Shown: in pieces, positions 36,738-50,775 of the stretch
How the letters are laid out: each line of letters starts with the position of its first letter
Position numbering within the stretch: position 1 is the stretch's first letter
Assembly (NCBI GenBank): GCA_964016885.1
Contig: OZ024740.1
Coordinates: 390,848,001 to 390,912,000, forward strand
From: Eledone cirrhosa
Taxonomy: Eukaryota
DNA: 64,000 nt
Direction of reading: 5' to 3'
Position numbers and translations under genes: made by a program
The notes under the pieces: model-generated
The model's database searches: none
What the model was told of the DNA's origin: nothing
Seen by the model: only the letters and a program-made list of their open reading frames with translations

Positions 36738-39700
36738 ATGACCTCACTCAGAATAGGCAGCATAAATGCGCGTGGCTTGGGGTCGTCATGGAAGCAGGGT
36801 CACCTGCTCAACGACCTCAGGTCACTAAACATAGATGTAGCGGCCATCAGCGAGACCAGAATCTCCGAAGCACGGGCCTTCGCACCGATCTTCGGCGGCT
36901 ACGATGTGTACGCATCTCCCAGCCGTCCGGGATCGGGGGAGGAGTTGCTGTGCTTTTTCGGAGAGGCTTGGATCATGCCATACGGGCCATCTTCCTGGAC
37001 CCAGAAGGTAAGTTGGTGGTGCTGGACGAGACCAGCAGAGACCGGCAAGCTTTCAGGCTAGTGGCCGTCTATGCCCCGACAGGAGCAGGGCGGCCTGATT
37101 TCTTCCGGCGTCTGGAGACCTTTCTTGGAACATCCCGCTCTTTAGTGTTAGTGGGCGACTGGAACGGGATCTTAGATGCACGCTGGGGTTGTGTGGGATT
37201 AGTGGATAGGGGAGGAGGGTGAAAGAGTCTCACCAACGTGCTCAGGCGTTTTGAACTGTCTGACAGGTACCGATTGGATTTCCCGAATGTGCCAATGTGG
37301 ACTTGGACAAACGCATAGGGTCATCCAGATCATATCTAGATAGAGTATTTTGTAGGGAAATAGATAGGTCTAGCATAGGCTGTCCACAATTCAAGATAGT
37401 CAGCTACACGGACCACAAATTCGTGATCTGTGTGCTTGACTTAGATAGGCTTCATAGACGAGGACCCGGCTACTGGAAGCTAAACGCGTCCTTACCAGCG
37501 CGCAAGGCCTACAGAGACCGGATTAGCGAACTAGTTAAGCGGGCGTTGACGGGGGCCATCGTCAACAACAAGTGGTGATTTGCTCTGAAAAGAGCGATCA
37601 GAATAGACTCCATTAGGTTTAGTAAGGCTTTAGCAATAGAGAAAAATAGAGCAGAGGGAGAACAAGTTAGAAAATTAGACGAGGCGCTTAGCAAAGGCAT
37701 CGTGACCGACGTACTTGCAGCGAAATTGCCCCTTGACCAATTCTTCAATGCAAAGCACGAAGGCTGCGTTGTCAGAGCTAGGGTGCGTGCTCTCAGACAC
37801 GAGGGAACGAAAGCCGTTCAATGGGACCGAGTGGCGGAGGCGCGTCGTGGCAACAAAGCCACGATCCGGTCTTTGGTGGACCACGACGGGCTCATGCTAC
37901 TCGATCCCGGGCAAATGTGTGAAGCTTTTCAGCGACACTTCGCTCAGCTGTTCGGGGGCAGCGGCGGGCCGGATCGAGGGGTGGAATTTAGTGTCTACCT
38001 CGACGGACTGCCGCGGCTCTCGGCCACTGAGGCGGAGGGTTGCGAAAAGGCGATAACAGCCGCTGAAGTACGGGAGGCAATGACTGGCTGCACAAGGGGT
38101 AAATCGCCTGGTTTGGATGGTCTGCCCTCTGAACTTTATGTACAGATGCCAGACTTGTTCGGAGGCCTCTTGGTGGACGTCTACTGCAACTGGCAACAGA
38201 ACGGGAGGATTCCCAGCTCTGTGAGCCGAGGAGCGGTGGCGCTGCTGAGAAAGGATCCGAACAAGGGGGATAACATAGATCATTTCAGGCCCATAACTCT
38301 GCTAAACACAGAGTTCAAGATTTTGGCTAAGGTGTTAGCAAAGAGGTTGGCGCTTGTCGTTGGTGGTCTGGTGGGAGAGGCGCAGACGTGCGCCATTCTC
38401 GACAGATCCATCCACGACAACCTCCACCTCATGCGATACATCGTAGAGAGGGTAGCTAGGGAACCTGGCACGGGTGGGCCCTTGATCAATTTAGATTAGT
38501 CGAAAGCTTTCGATAGGGTCGACCATCGTTACCTAGCGGCAGTCCTGAGGGCGGCTGGCTTTGGGCCCGTCTTCAGAGGCTGGATCGCTGCCATGCACAG
38601 CGACATCTGCTCTGTGGTGAGAGTGAACGGTCACCTTTCGGAACCGTTCAACATCATGCGCTCGGTCCGCCAAGGATGTTCCCTCTCGTCCCTCTTGTAC
38701 GTATTGACTCTCGAGCCATTACTGCACAAACTGGAGACGTTGATGGGGGTCCCGCGCGAACTAGGATGCGGAAGATCCGTGTCAGCATATGCGGACGATG
38801 CCACCGTAGTAGTGTCGAACGCCAAACACATCGAGGCGTTCGGCACTACACTAAGAGAATACGAAGCGGTGACAGGAGCAATGATCAACCAGGAAAAGTC
38901 AGTGGGCCTGTAGCTCGGCACCTGGAGAGGCAGGTCCATGCCGTCGAACAGCGTCGTCGGGCGCTGGACGGACCGGTTAAATTGCTAGGGGTCTGGTTCG
39001 GTCCGGATCTCCACCAGACGGACAAAAACTGGGACGAGGTGACGAGCAGGGTGGCTTCTCTCACCCAGAAATGGGCGGAGAGGAAGCTATCCCTGAAAGG
39101 TCGAGCGGAGGTGGCTAACGCGTACACCGCGTCCGTCATCTGCTACCGCCTGACCGTCGTACCTTGTCCTAAGCCCCGCCTGACTGCGCTGGAGCGTTTG
39201 CTCTTTCGCTTTTTGTGGAAGGGACGCGCTCCGATGGTCAGGCGGTCCATCTGTTGTCAACACCCGCTACGTGGAGTGCTGTGCATGCCGTGGCTGATGA
39301 TGCGCAGACACGCGCTCAGGCTACGACATCTCCACCTCTTCCTCGACGGTGATCAGGTATGGTCGCCGTTTGCTAGACGCGTTTTTCCCCAGCTCGTTTC
39401 CTTGACGGAGCTGCAGCCCTGGGTCAAGCGAAGACCGAGAGGGAGCGCTTGGAGACTGGAATGTCTTCAGCCGCTCACAGCCCTCGACCAATCGGGCAAT
39501 GTGATCGGTGGAAACTCCATCTTGGCGTTCTATAGGGGATTAGTGGAGGGGAAGAGCGACGACGTACTTGGAGAAACTCTAGGCGTCGACGAAAATCAAC
39601 TAGCCAATCTCTTCGGAAGGACTTTCGGGCCGGGGCCTATGGACAATTTCCAGAAATCCCTGGCCTGGCAGTGCTACCGAGGAGCTTTGCCAGTTCGGGA

Positions 39701-40154
39701 TAAACTCTACAGGCATGGAGGTGCCGTCAGCCGGGCATGTCCGAGATGCGCGCAGGGCGACGAAACCGTCCTGCACGCACTCGTCCAGTGTCCGAGCATT
39801 GCTGACTTGTGGGTTTATGTCGAACACCTGCTGTCGCGTGTAGGACGAATCCAGCTATCAGCTGAATCCATCGTGAGGAATGCCCCGCCCTCTTCCTTTA
39901 GCCGGGAAGGGCAGGCAGTTTTTATCTGCCTGGTGGCCATGGCGAAAGAGATAGTATGGTTGACACGTGTGAAAGGGCTGAAGACGAGCACTTACCTCTT
40001 CGGTGATGCCCTGATTGACTTTTTCAAATTTCATTTGAAAAGGAAAATCAGGGTAGAGAAAGAAGTGCTCTCTTCCCAGCATTTCGTTGAAAGATGGGTG
40101 AGAGAAGCAAGAATGGCCCGAGTGAATGGGCCTACTCTGAGTATGTGTCTGTAA
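36738..40154 (+). pseudogene. Tx1 ORF2: AP endonuclease, reverse transcriptase, C-terminal CCHC; several stops and frameshifts
   Basis: SINARGL, ISETR, VGDWN, SYLDRVF, YTDHK, GPGYWKLN; KSPGLDGLP, FRPITLLNTEFKILAK, VRQGCSLS, SAYADD; CPRCAQGDETVLHALVQC. Confidence 0.9.
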
Positions 40155-40335
40155 ATTAAAGGTGGAAAACTGGGAGAGGGCACTTGCCCTGGTCGTCAGA
40201 GTCGCTGTGGCCTTTTAATGGGCTTTCTCCACAAATGTCCCTCCGAAGTCTCCCCCCTATTGGGGAATTTTTCATTGTTATTTTTTTTTTTTGTTACATC
40301 CTCTGTTTTTGTCTTTTTTGCACGCAGAAATACCC

Positions 40336-43300
40336 ATTTGTATCGTCCTGTACAATAGACATAACTACATCAATGAAAACAATGACACACACAACAACAA
40401 CAATAACAACAGCAATAACAAAGCAATAACAGCAACAATAACAGCATCAACAACAACTACAACGAGCCAGCCACAAACCAGCCAAAAATGCCAGCACTAG
40501 CGGTAAGATATCTTTCGCCTGTGCTACGAAATCCTCCTTCCAAAAAGTTATTTACTCTGAAGAAGTACAAGCTAGAGGGATGGTGAAAATAGTCGGCAAT
40601 ATTGTCCGACTCAACACCCCTGTTGACACGATCCAAAATACGGTCCATCGTACAGTGACGTACCGTTTTATTGGTTTCAAATCAAAGAAGATGAAGAGAG
40701 CCAGAAAGCTTTAGGTTCCGTAGGGATCCTAAAAACCTACATACACAGGAGTAGGCGTTTGGGAACGGAGAATGTGAGATTTGCGACAGATGAGGAAGTA
40801 ACATCTTACTCCCTAAAACCCTTACAAATGTGTTTTGGAACCTTAATGCTATGGACAGAAACTGGTAAGGATCTGTATCCAGCCTGAAATAACCACTCCT
40901 TAGTTAATTGCTGCAGTCACAAGCCGTGCAGGATCTGGAAACAGAGTCGCTATGTTGTTCCGGAAAGGCCTGGATCGGACCATCCTCCTGCACCCGAAAG
41001 GTAAGTCTGTTGTGTTGGTCATGACCAGCAGCGAAGGCTAAGCTTTCAGGCTAGTCGCCATCTATTCTCCGACAGGGGCATGACGAACTGATTTCTTCAA
41101 GCGCCTGGAGAACTTTCTAGGAACATCCCGCTCTTTGGTGTTAGTGGGTGACTGGAACAGTATCTTAGATGCATACTGAGACTTTGTGGGACTAACAGAT
41201 AGGAGAAGAGGGTGTAAAAGACTCGCAGATTTGCTCAGACACTTCCAATTGTTTGACAGGTGGACATGGACTAACCACATCGGGTCATCCAGATTGTATC
41301 TAAATAGGGTAACGAAGTAAAGGATAGCATAGGTTGTCCACAATTTGAAGTATTTGACTACACAGACCCTAAATTTGTGATTTGTGTGTTAGATCTAGAT
41401 AGGTTCCATAGACAAAGACCCGGTTACTAGAAGCTGAACACCTCATTCCCTACGCGCAAAGCCTACAGAAACCCGATTAATGAATTAGTTAAGTGGGCAT
41501 TGATGGGGGCAATACTCAACAACAAATGGTGTTTTGTCGGGAAAAGAGTGATTAGAGTAGAATGGATAATGTTTTATAAAGCTGTAGCAAAAATTAAAAA
41601 AAAACTAGAGTAGAGGGAGAGCTAGTTAAAAAAAAACTAGAAGAGGCAATTAGCAAAGGCATCGCAACTGACGTTCTTGCGGTGAGATTGGCCCTGGACC
41701 AATTTTTCAATGCTAAACACGAAGGCTGCATTGTCATAACTAAGGCACGTAACCTTAGACACGAGAGACGAAAGCCGTTCTATGGGCTCGTATAGTGGAA
41801 GCGTGACGTGGTAACAAAGCCACAATCCGATCTTAGGCACACCACGACGGGCACATATTCATCGATACCAAACAGATGTGTTCGGCTTTTCAGCAGCACT
41901 TCGCTGAGATGTTCGGGAGCGGCGGCGAGCCCGCTCTCGGTGACGTAGGTGGAGTGTCGCGAAAAGTCAATAGCCGCTGAAATATGGGAGAAAATGACAT
42001 ACGAAAGGTGAATCGCCTGGCTTGGATGGTCTGCCCTACGAGCTTTATGTTTGTACTCCAGACTTTTTCGGTGACCTCTTGCCAGACGTTTACTACATCT
42101 GGCAGCAGAACGGGCAAGTTTCCAGTTCTGTGAGTCGAGGAACAGTGGCACTGCTGAGAAAGGACCCGAACAAAGGGGATTATATTGATAATTTTAGGCC
42201 CATAACTCTACCAAATGCAGAGTTCAAAGTTTTGGCCGAGGTGTTAATGACGAGGCTGTTTGTCAGTGGTCTCGTAAGGGAACCATCAACGACAACCTCT
42301 ACTTTATGCGATACATCATAGTGAGGGTGGCTAAAAAACCTGGAAGGGGTGGGGCACTGATTAACTTAAATCAATCAAAAGTATTCGATAGAGTCGACCA
42401 TCAGTACCTGGCGGTTCTCCTCAAAGCAGCCGCTTTGGTTCCGTTTTCAGAAGATGGATGCTCTGTGGTTAGAGTGAACGGTCACCTCTTGGAACCGTTT
42501 AATATCATGCACTCGGTCCACCAAGGTTGTCCCCGTTCATCCCTGTTGTATGTATTGACTCTCGAGTAACTGCTGCACAAATAGAAGTTGTAGTGCAACT
42601 CGCGCGAACTAGGACATAAGAAATCCGTTCCAGTATATACCAATGACGTCACCCTAGTAGTGTTGAGCGTCAAATACATTGAGTTGATCGACACTGCTTT
42701 GAGTGAATAGGAAGTGGTTGACAGAGGCGAAAATTAACCAGGAAAGGTCGATGGGGCTGCAGCTAGGCACCTGGAGAGGCAAGCCCATGCCTTCCAACAG
42801 TGCCGTCGAGCGCCGGACAGAGGGACTGGTCAAATTTCTCAAGGTCTGGTTTGGTCAAAACTTTCAAATGGACAAAACTGGTACGAGGTAACGAACTGAT
42901 TGGCCACCCTCACCCTGAAATAGGATGAGAGGATGCTGTCCCTGAAAGGTTGGGCAGAGGTGGCAAACGCGTACATCGCGCCCGTCATCTACTACCGCCT
43001 GACCATCGTTCCTTGTCCTAAGCCCCGTCTGACTGCACGGGAGCGTTTGCTTTTTCGCTTCTTGTGAAAGGGACGCGTTCCGATTGCCAGGGGCTGTGTA
43101 GAGGATTGGGAATGCCGTGGCTGATGATATGCATACACGCGCTGAAGAGATGAGGTCGCCGTTCACTAGACACATATTTCCCCAGCTCGTCACTTTGATG
43201 GGGCTGCAATCCTTGGTCAAGCGAATACCGAGAGGGAGTACTTGAAAACTGGAATGTCTTCAAACACTCATATCCCACTACCAATCGGGCAGAACGATCG

Positions 43301-44252
43301 GTGGAAACTCCACCTTGGCGTTTTAGAGTTGGTTAGTTGCGGATAAAAACGACGACTTTCTTGTGGAAACTTTGGGCATCGACGAAAACTCATTAGCCAC
43401 TCTTTTCGGGGGAACTTTCTGTCCAAGGCCCATGGATAGCTTCCAGAAATCCCTGGCAGTGCTACGGGGGGGGGGGGGGAATACCAGTTCGGGATGAACT
43501 CTACAGGCATAAAAATGCCACCAGTCAGGCCTGTCTGAGATGTGCGCAGGGCGACTAAACCGTTTATCACGCATTCGTCCAGTGTCCGAACATTGCTGAC
43601 TTGTGAGTTTATGTCGAACACTTGCTGTCGCATGTAGGACGAATCTGGCTATCAACTGAGTCCATTGTGAAAATCGCCACGCCGCCTTCCTTTTGCCAGG
43701 AAGGACAGGCTGTGTTTTTCTACCTGGAGGCCGTGACTAAAGAGGTTGTGTTGATGATCCGTCAGAAAGGGTTGAAGGCAAATCCTTTCCGTTTCGACGA
43801 AATCCTGATTAACTTTTTCAGATTTAACTTGAAGAGAAAAATCAGGGCAGGGAGGGAAGTGCTGCCTTCCAGCCAGTTTGTTGTAAGGTGGGTGAGAGAC
43901 ACGGGCGTGACCCGAGTGAATAGGCTCACTCTATGTGTGAGCCTGTAGATTGGAGGAACAACTGGGACAGAACACTTTCCCTAGAGATCAGGGCACCTGT
44001 AGTTTTATGTGGGATTCCAGAAGCCCCCGAACGTCTCCTCTCTATTGAGGAATTCCCTTTGTTAAAACATTTATTGTTACCTTTCTTTTTAATATTGTTA
44101 AACCTGTTTACCTGCAAAACCCACACACTGACACACACACACACATGTCCTCTATGTTTTTGTTCTGTGTCGTCCTAATGTTTTCTTAATATTAACTCTT
44201 TCTGGCGAATAAAGAAATCATTTTTATCACTATCATTATTATTATTATTATT
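40336..44252 (+). mobile_element. Tx1-clade LINE copy D, heavily degenerate
   Basis: ORF1 and ORF2 remnants (DGLPYEL, NFRPITL, HQGCP) and 3' end aataaagaaatc...(att)n. Confidence 0.85.
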
Positions 44253-47200
44253 GGTCTGTTCGGACGTCTTTTATGCTCGATCCCGGTAAGTCGCTTTATT
44301 TACCTGTTAAAATTATTTGTTAAATTTTTCTTGTTGTGTAAGGGATACAAGCCCTTGGACTTTGCCTTGTGAAGGGGAAAGTATAATATTTGGACCTTTT
44401 GGCCCAAATATTTGAACATTTTACTTTTAAAAATAAATAAAAAACATGGCTGAGCCACGCCCCCCACCCCAGCAATATGTCTGCTGTCGTGTGACAACGG
44501 TGTAAAAGTTGAGAGGAGGGTTACAGAAATTGATACAACATACACCACCACAAACAACGTGAACAAAGACAACAACACTGAGAACACTAATTTTTAAAAA
44601 ATTACCACACCAACTACAACAATAACAGCGACAACCAAAATACAGACAACAGAAAAAAATGACAACAAATGCAACAACGATATTAACACCAATAACAAGA
44701 AAATAAACAACGACAACACCAACAGCAACAATACAAATTGCACCGAAAACAACAACAACGGTGGCACCAAAAACACAACAAACTACAACAGTAATAACAG
44801 CAACAACACCAACAACACCTTTTGTAGCAGTAGCAACAGCACCAACAACAAGACCAGTAGCAGCAGTAGCAGCAGCAATAATGGTGCCGCTGAAAAAGGG
44901 GCCACTTCTTTTGCAGGTGTGGCCCGAAATATAGAGACAGTGCTAGTCACCTAGGAGGAGATGGCAGTCGCAAGAACCATGGTGACTAGAAACGACAACA
45001 GAGTTTGCCTGAAACCTCCACCCGATTTCTTCAAAGACCAGCAACTGCGCATGGTGACTTACTGCACCGTAAGCAAATGTCACATCGGGGGGAGAGAGCC
45101 ACGGAGGCTCAAATTCAAAAGGCCTTGGGGTGCGTCTGGACGCGCAAAACCCATATCACCCGAGGCAAAAGGTACGCCACAGTATACGTACTTTTCGCCA
45201 CCTCCAAAAGCGAAGGCAAATAAAGAGGGGTAAAGGCTGCAAGGAGACTTTCAGAAACAACACCACCATCACCACCACAAGCATCACCACCAACAACAAC
45301 CACACCAACACCACCAAATCACCAACATCGCAAATACAACAAAGCACACACACACCCAACAGCGACAACAAGAAAACAGCAACAAAACCACCCTCCCCCA
45401 AAAAAGTACACAGCCATAAACATGGCAAATAAAGAACTCTTACAACATATAAAGCAGCACACAGACATCACAGAAAAAATTACTACACCGCACCAACACC
45501 AAGAACTCTCCTGAAAAATATAAAGATCATTGAAATTAAAATAGAACATTACAAACTTTTAAAAGAAAAATTCCCCAACGCAGTTGGAGATTTCAGAAGG
45601 TCGGTTACCAAGAAGATATACACCGACATCCTCTTGGAAACACCCATGACCAGCCAAAGGGAGGGTTCTACTGTCCCTTCCCCACACGATCAAGGTAAGT
45701 GATCCTTTCTCACTTACCCCGTTCCTCATCCAACATGGCCGTACTTAGAATAGGCAATATAAATATACATAGCCTGGGGTCATCTTGGAAGCAGGGTCAC
45801 CTGCTGAACGACCTCAGGTCACTAATCATAGATGTGGTGGCCATCAGCGAGACCAGAATCTCCGAAGCACGAGCCTTCGCACCGATTTTCGGCGGCTATG
45901 ATGTATACGCATCTCCCAGCCGTCCAGGATCGGGGGGAGGAGTTGCTGTGGTTTTTCGGAGAGGCTTAGATCTCGCCATACGGGCCATCTTCCTGGACCC
46001 AGAAGGTAAGTCGGTGGTGCTGGACATGACCGGCAGCAAAGGCAATGTTTTCAGGCTAGTAGCCGTCTACACCTCAACAGGGACAGGACGGCCAGATTTC
46101 TTCAGACGTCTAGAGACCTTTCTTGGAACGTCCCGCTCTTTAGTGTTAGTGGGCGACTGGAAAGATATCTTAGATGCACGCTGGAATTATGTGGGACTAG
46201 TGGACAGAGTAGGAGGGTGTAAAAGCCTCAACAACCTGCTCAGACATTTTGAACTGTCTGACAGGTATAGACAGGATTACCCGAATGTGTCAATGTGGAC
46301 ATGGGCAAACCGCATCGGGTCATCCAGATCGTATTTAGATAGGGTATTCTGTAGGGAAACAGATAAGGCTAGTGTAGGTTGTCCACAATTTAAAGTAGTC
46401 GACTACACGGACCACAAATTTGTGATCTGTGAAGTTGACTTAGATAGACTCCATAGGCAAGGGTCCGGCTACTGGAAGCTGAACGCGTCGCTCCCGGCGC
46501 ACAAAGCTTACAGAAACCGAATTAGCGAATTAGTTAAGCGTGCGTTGACGGGTGCGATCGTCAACAACAGGTGGTGGTGTACCCTGAAAAAGATTATTAG
46601 AGTAGAATCGATAAGGTTTAACAAAGGAGTAGTGATAGAGGAAAATAGAGTAGAGGGAGAGTTAGTTAGAAAGCTAGAAGAGGCGTTTAGGACAGGCATC
46701 GCAACCGACGTGCTTGCGGCGAGATTGGCACTCGCCCAATTCTTCAACGCAAAGCATGAAGGATGCGTTGTCAGAGCTAGAGCGCGTGCTCTGAGACACG
46801 AGGGGACGAAAGCCGTTCAATGGGCCCGGGTGATGGAGGCGCGACGTGGCAACAAGTCCACAATTCGGTCTTTGCCTGATCAAAACGGGCGCATGTTGCT
46901 CAAACCCGAGCACTTTGCTTAATTGTTCGGGAGCGGATCGGAGTATGGACCTCGGTGCATACCTCGACGGACTGCCTCGGCTCTCGACGACCACAGCGCA
47001 GTGCTGCGAAAATCCTATAACAGCAGGTGAAATACGGGAAGCGATGTCTGACTGCATGAGGAGTAAATCGCCAGGTTTGTATGGTCTACCCTACGAGCTT
47101 TATGCGTATATGCCAGACTTGTTCGGAGACCTCTTGGCAGATGACTACTGCAACTGGCAGCAGAACGGGGGCATTCCCAGTTTTGTGAGTCGGGAGCGCT

Positions 47201-49378
47201 GGCGCTCCTGAGAAAAGACCCGAACGTTATAGACAACTTCAGGCCCATAACTCTTCTAAACGCAGCGTTTAAGATTTTGGCCAAGGTGTTAGCAAAGAGA
47301 TTGGCGCTTGTTGTTGGTAATCTGGTGGGAGAGGTGCAGACATGCGCCATTCCGGACAGATCCATCCACGACAACCTCCATCTCATGCTATACATCATAG
47401 AGAGGGTGGTTAAAGAACCTGGCACGGGTGGGGCCCTGATCAATGTGGATCAATCTAAAGCATTTGATAGGGTCGACCATCGGAACCTGGCTGCGTTCGT
47501 CGAGGAGGCCGGCTTCGGGTCCGTTTTTAGGGGATGGATCGCTGCATGCACAGCGACATCTGCTCGATTGTGAGGGTGAATGGTCACCTGTCGCAGCCTT
47601 TCAGCATCAAGCGCTTGGTACGCCAGGGTTGCCCCCTCTCGTCCCTCTTGTACGTACTGGCCCTCGAGCTGTTACTGCACAAATTGAAGACGATGAGGGG
47701 GGGTCCCACGCGAACTGGGATGCGGGAATCCGTGTCAGCTTACGCCGACGACGTCACCGTGGTGGTGTCGAGCACCAAACACGTCCAGATGCTCGGCACC
47801 GCTCTCAAGGAATACGAAGCGGTGACAGAAGCAAAGATAAACCAGGAAAAGTCGGTGAGCTTGCAACTCGGCACCTGGAGAGGCAAGTCCATGCCGTCCG
47901 GGGTCTGGTTCGGTCTGGACCTCCAGATGGAGAAAAACTGGAGCGAGGTGACGAGCAGGGTGGCTTCTCTCACCTAGAAATGGGCCGAGAGGAGGTTGTC
48001 TCTGAAAGGTCGGGCGGAGGTGGCGAATGCGTACATCGCGTCCGTCATCTGCTACCACCTAACCGTCGTACCTTGACCCCACCAAACTCTGACCAAAATG
48101 GAGCGCCTTCTCTTCCGCTTTTTGTGGAAGGGACGTGCTCCCATGGTCAGACGATCAATTTGTTGTCAACACCCGTTGTGTGGAGTACTAGGCATGCCGT
48201 GACTGATGATGCGCAAACATGCGCTGAGGCTGCGACATCTCTGGTGTTTCCTTGATGGTAAACAGGTGTGGTCGCCGTTTGCCAGACGCGCTTTTCCCCA
48301 GCTCGTCTCATTGACGGAGCTTCAGTCCTGGATCAGGAAAAGACCAAGGGATAGCGCTTGGAAGCTGGAATGTCTCCAAGCGCTCACTGCCCTCTACCAG
48401 CTGGGCACTAGTATCGGTGGAACATCCACCTCGGTGTTCTATAAAGGGCTAGTGGAGGGAAAGAGCGACGACGTTCTCGGGGAGAACCTGGGCATTGAAG
48501 ATCAGCTGTCCGCTCTCTTCAAGAGAACTTTCAGACCGGGGCCTATGGACAACTTCCAGAAATCCCTGGCCTGGCAGTGCTACCGGGGAGCGTTGCCGGT
48601 TCGGGATAAGCTCTACAGGCACGGAGGTGCTGTCAGCCGAGCCTGTCCGAGATGCGCGCAGGGTGACGAAACCGTCCTGCACGCACTCGTTCAGTGCCCG
48701 AGGATTGCTGACTTGTGGAGCTATGTCGAACAGTTGCTGTCGCGTGTAGGATCCGGTTATCGACTGAGTCCATTGTGCAGATAGCCCCGCCATTCTCCTT
48801 TAAAGAGGAAGGAGAGCAGGCAGTTTTCATCTGCCTGGTGGCCATGGCGAAAGAGATTGTGTGGTGGACAAGGTTGAAAGGGTTGAAGACGGACACTTTC
48901 CTCTCCGGCCAATCCCTGATAAACTTTTTCAAGTTTCACTTGAAGAGGAAAATCAGGGTGGAGAGGCAAGTGCTATCTTCTAGTAAGTTTGTTGAAAGGT
49001 GGGTGAAAGTGGCGAGTCTGGTCCGAGTGAACGGGTTCGCTCTAAGTGTGCGCCTGTAGACTGAGGAATGGGAAAACTGAGAGAGGGCGCTTGCCTTGGT
49101 GATCAGGGTGGTCGTGGTCTTTTGTGTGGTTTTCGCCATGAGTGACCCTCGGAGGTTTTTTCCCCTTTTTGGGGAATTTTTGTTTCAATCTTTTTTATTT
49201 CTATCCCGATTCTATCTTATTATAACCTGTTTACACGACCAAAACCCACTTTGTATCGTCCTGTACCGTTTTGTGCCGTCTGTAATGTTTTTATTCATGT
49301 TAGCCCTTGTGGCCAATAAAGAAACCATTATTATTATTATTATCATTATTATTGTTGTTGTTGTTGTTATTATTATTG
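44253..49378 (+). mobile_element. Tx1-clade LINE copy E (ORF1 internally deleted; ORF2 45734-49059 frameshifted)
   Basis: 407-aa endonuclease ORF 45699-46922; VRQGCPLS, SAYADD, CPRCAQGDETVLHALVQC; ends gcccttgtggccaataaagaaacc(att)n. Confidence 0.9.
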
Positions 49379-50775
49379 AATATTTATGGATATTTACCAA
49401 GAACAACTGAAGAAAAATATTTCTCTTTGGATGATTTTTCTAACAGGAAATTTCATAGAACTTGTATGCAATACTGGGAGAAATATGAAAATGTCATCGT
49501 TTCACATGATTTAATTGTTTTGTTTTTGATTGCATTCAACGAATACTCGACCGAAAAACTCCCTCTCAAAAAGAAGGGAAATTTTGATATCTATATGGAG
49601 AACAAACAATTCTAATGTTTTATATTAAAACGAAAATGATAGTCTAACAGTTAAAACGTCTATTTAAATGAAACCTTTAACAGCATCAATAGCAACAACA
49701 ACAACATTGTCAACAACAATCATACAAGCTGCTAAGCAAAGAATCAATCCCACTGAATTAGCACCGTAGAGTCTAGTACTTCTTTCGCTGCCGCTCTTAG
49801 CACCAAGGATGTACTAAACGTTAATGAACTAACAGAATAAATAACTACTACGTGCAAGTGATATGCAGCCAAGAAATGTGCCTTAGTTCTTAACCCCAGA
49901 CCTAGCAAAAAAGATGGTCAAATACCGCCACATGTCTAAAATCACATGGGGTGGAATAAAAATAGCAGGTCGTTGAGCTGATCGATGTGTGGGGTGATAT
50001 CTTTTACTTCATTCAGGGTAGGAATTATACGTCGGGTTTTCAAAATTGAGGGATAAAGCAGGCCCGAACTAATGCATCATTCACCTGCCAATAGGATTGT
50101 GTCATAATACTTGAGACTACACGTCTCAGATTGAAGATGAACGGCGTTGCTGATGACTTTCCTATTTGGGTCGACGTCTCCCTTGTAACATAATGTAGGA
50201 AAGTGGTGGGTCCTGAATTCAGTAGAAACGCCATCAGTTCAAGAAAAGTATGCTTGAACATGCAAGATCTAATTGTCCTCAAATACAAACCAAGCATTTC
50301 AGAGTTGTTCCCATTTGTGGAGGCGAAAATAAATATAATAAGATTTGTAATGTGTACTTTCTTTCCGTAAGCACGAGTATAATATAGATAGTATCATTAA
50401 CACGTGACGGAATCTTTTGTTCTTAAAGTATCTGCGGGAGCGTGATTTGAAATACATTAGAAATCTACAAATCTTCAGTCTCAGTCAGAATATATTCACT
50501 GATCAAAACCATTAACACAACCTCAGCTTGCAGCAATGAGGAGGAGTTGGTGAATGAACAGTACAAAAAGGCCCACGAAACAAAATGTTTACCACAAGGT
50601 AAATATCCGAACAGAACCCTCAAATTGACTTGAATTTAACAGACGTGGCAAAGACAATTGGGGATCATTGAAATTTTGTACGATAAAGTCACTGGGCCAA
50701 TTGAAGTAACGAAATAAAAGGAAAAAAACGTTGAAAAGATGCTGAAATGTTTGTGAAAATGCCACAAAAAGACTA

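Larger units (their letters stand above)
34408..40335 (+). mobile_element. Tx1-clade LINE copy C, nearly full-length
   Basis: 5'UTR, ORF1, ORF2 (APE + RT + CCHC) and partial 3'UTR; starts after (ATT)n. Confidence 0.92.
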
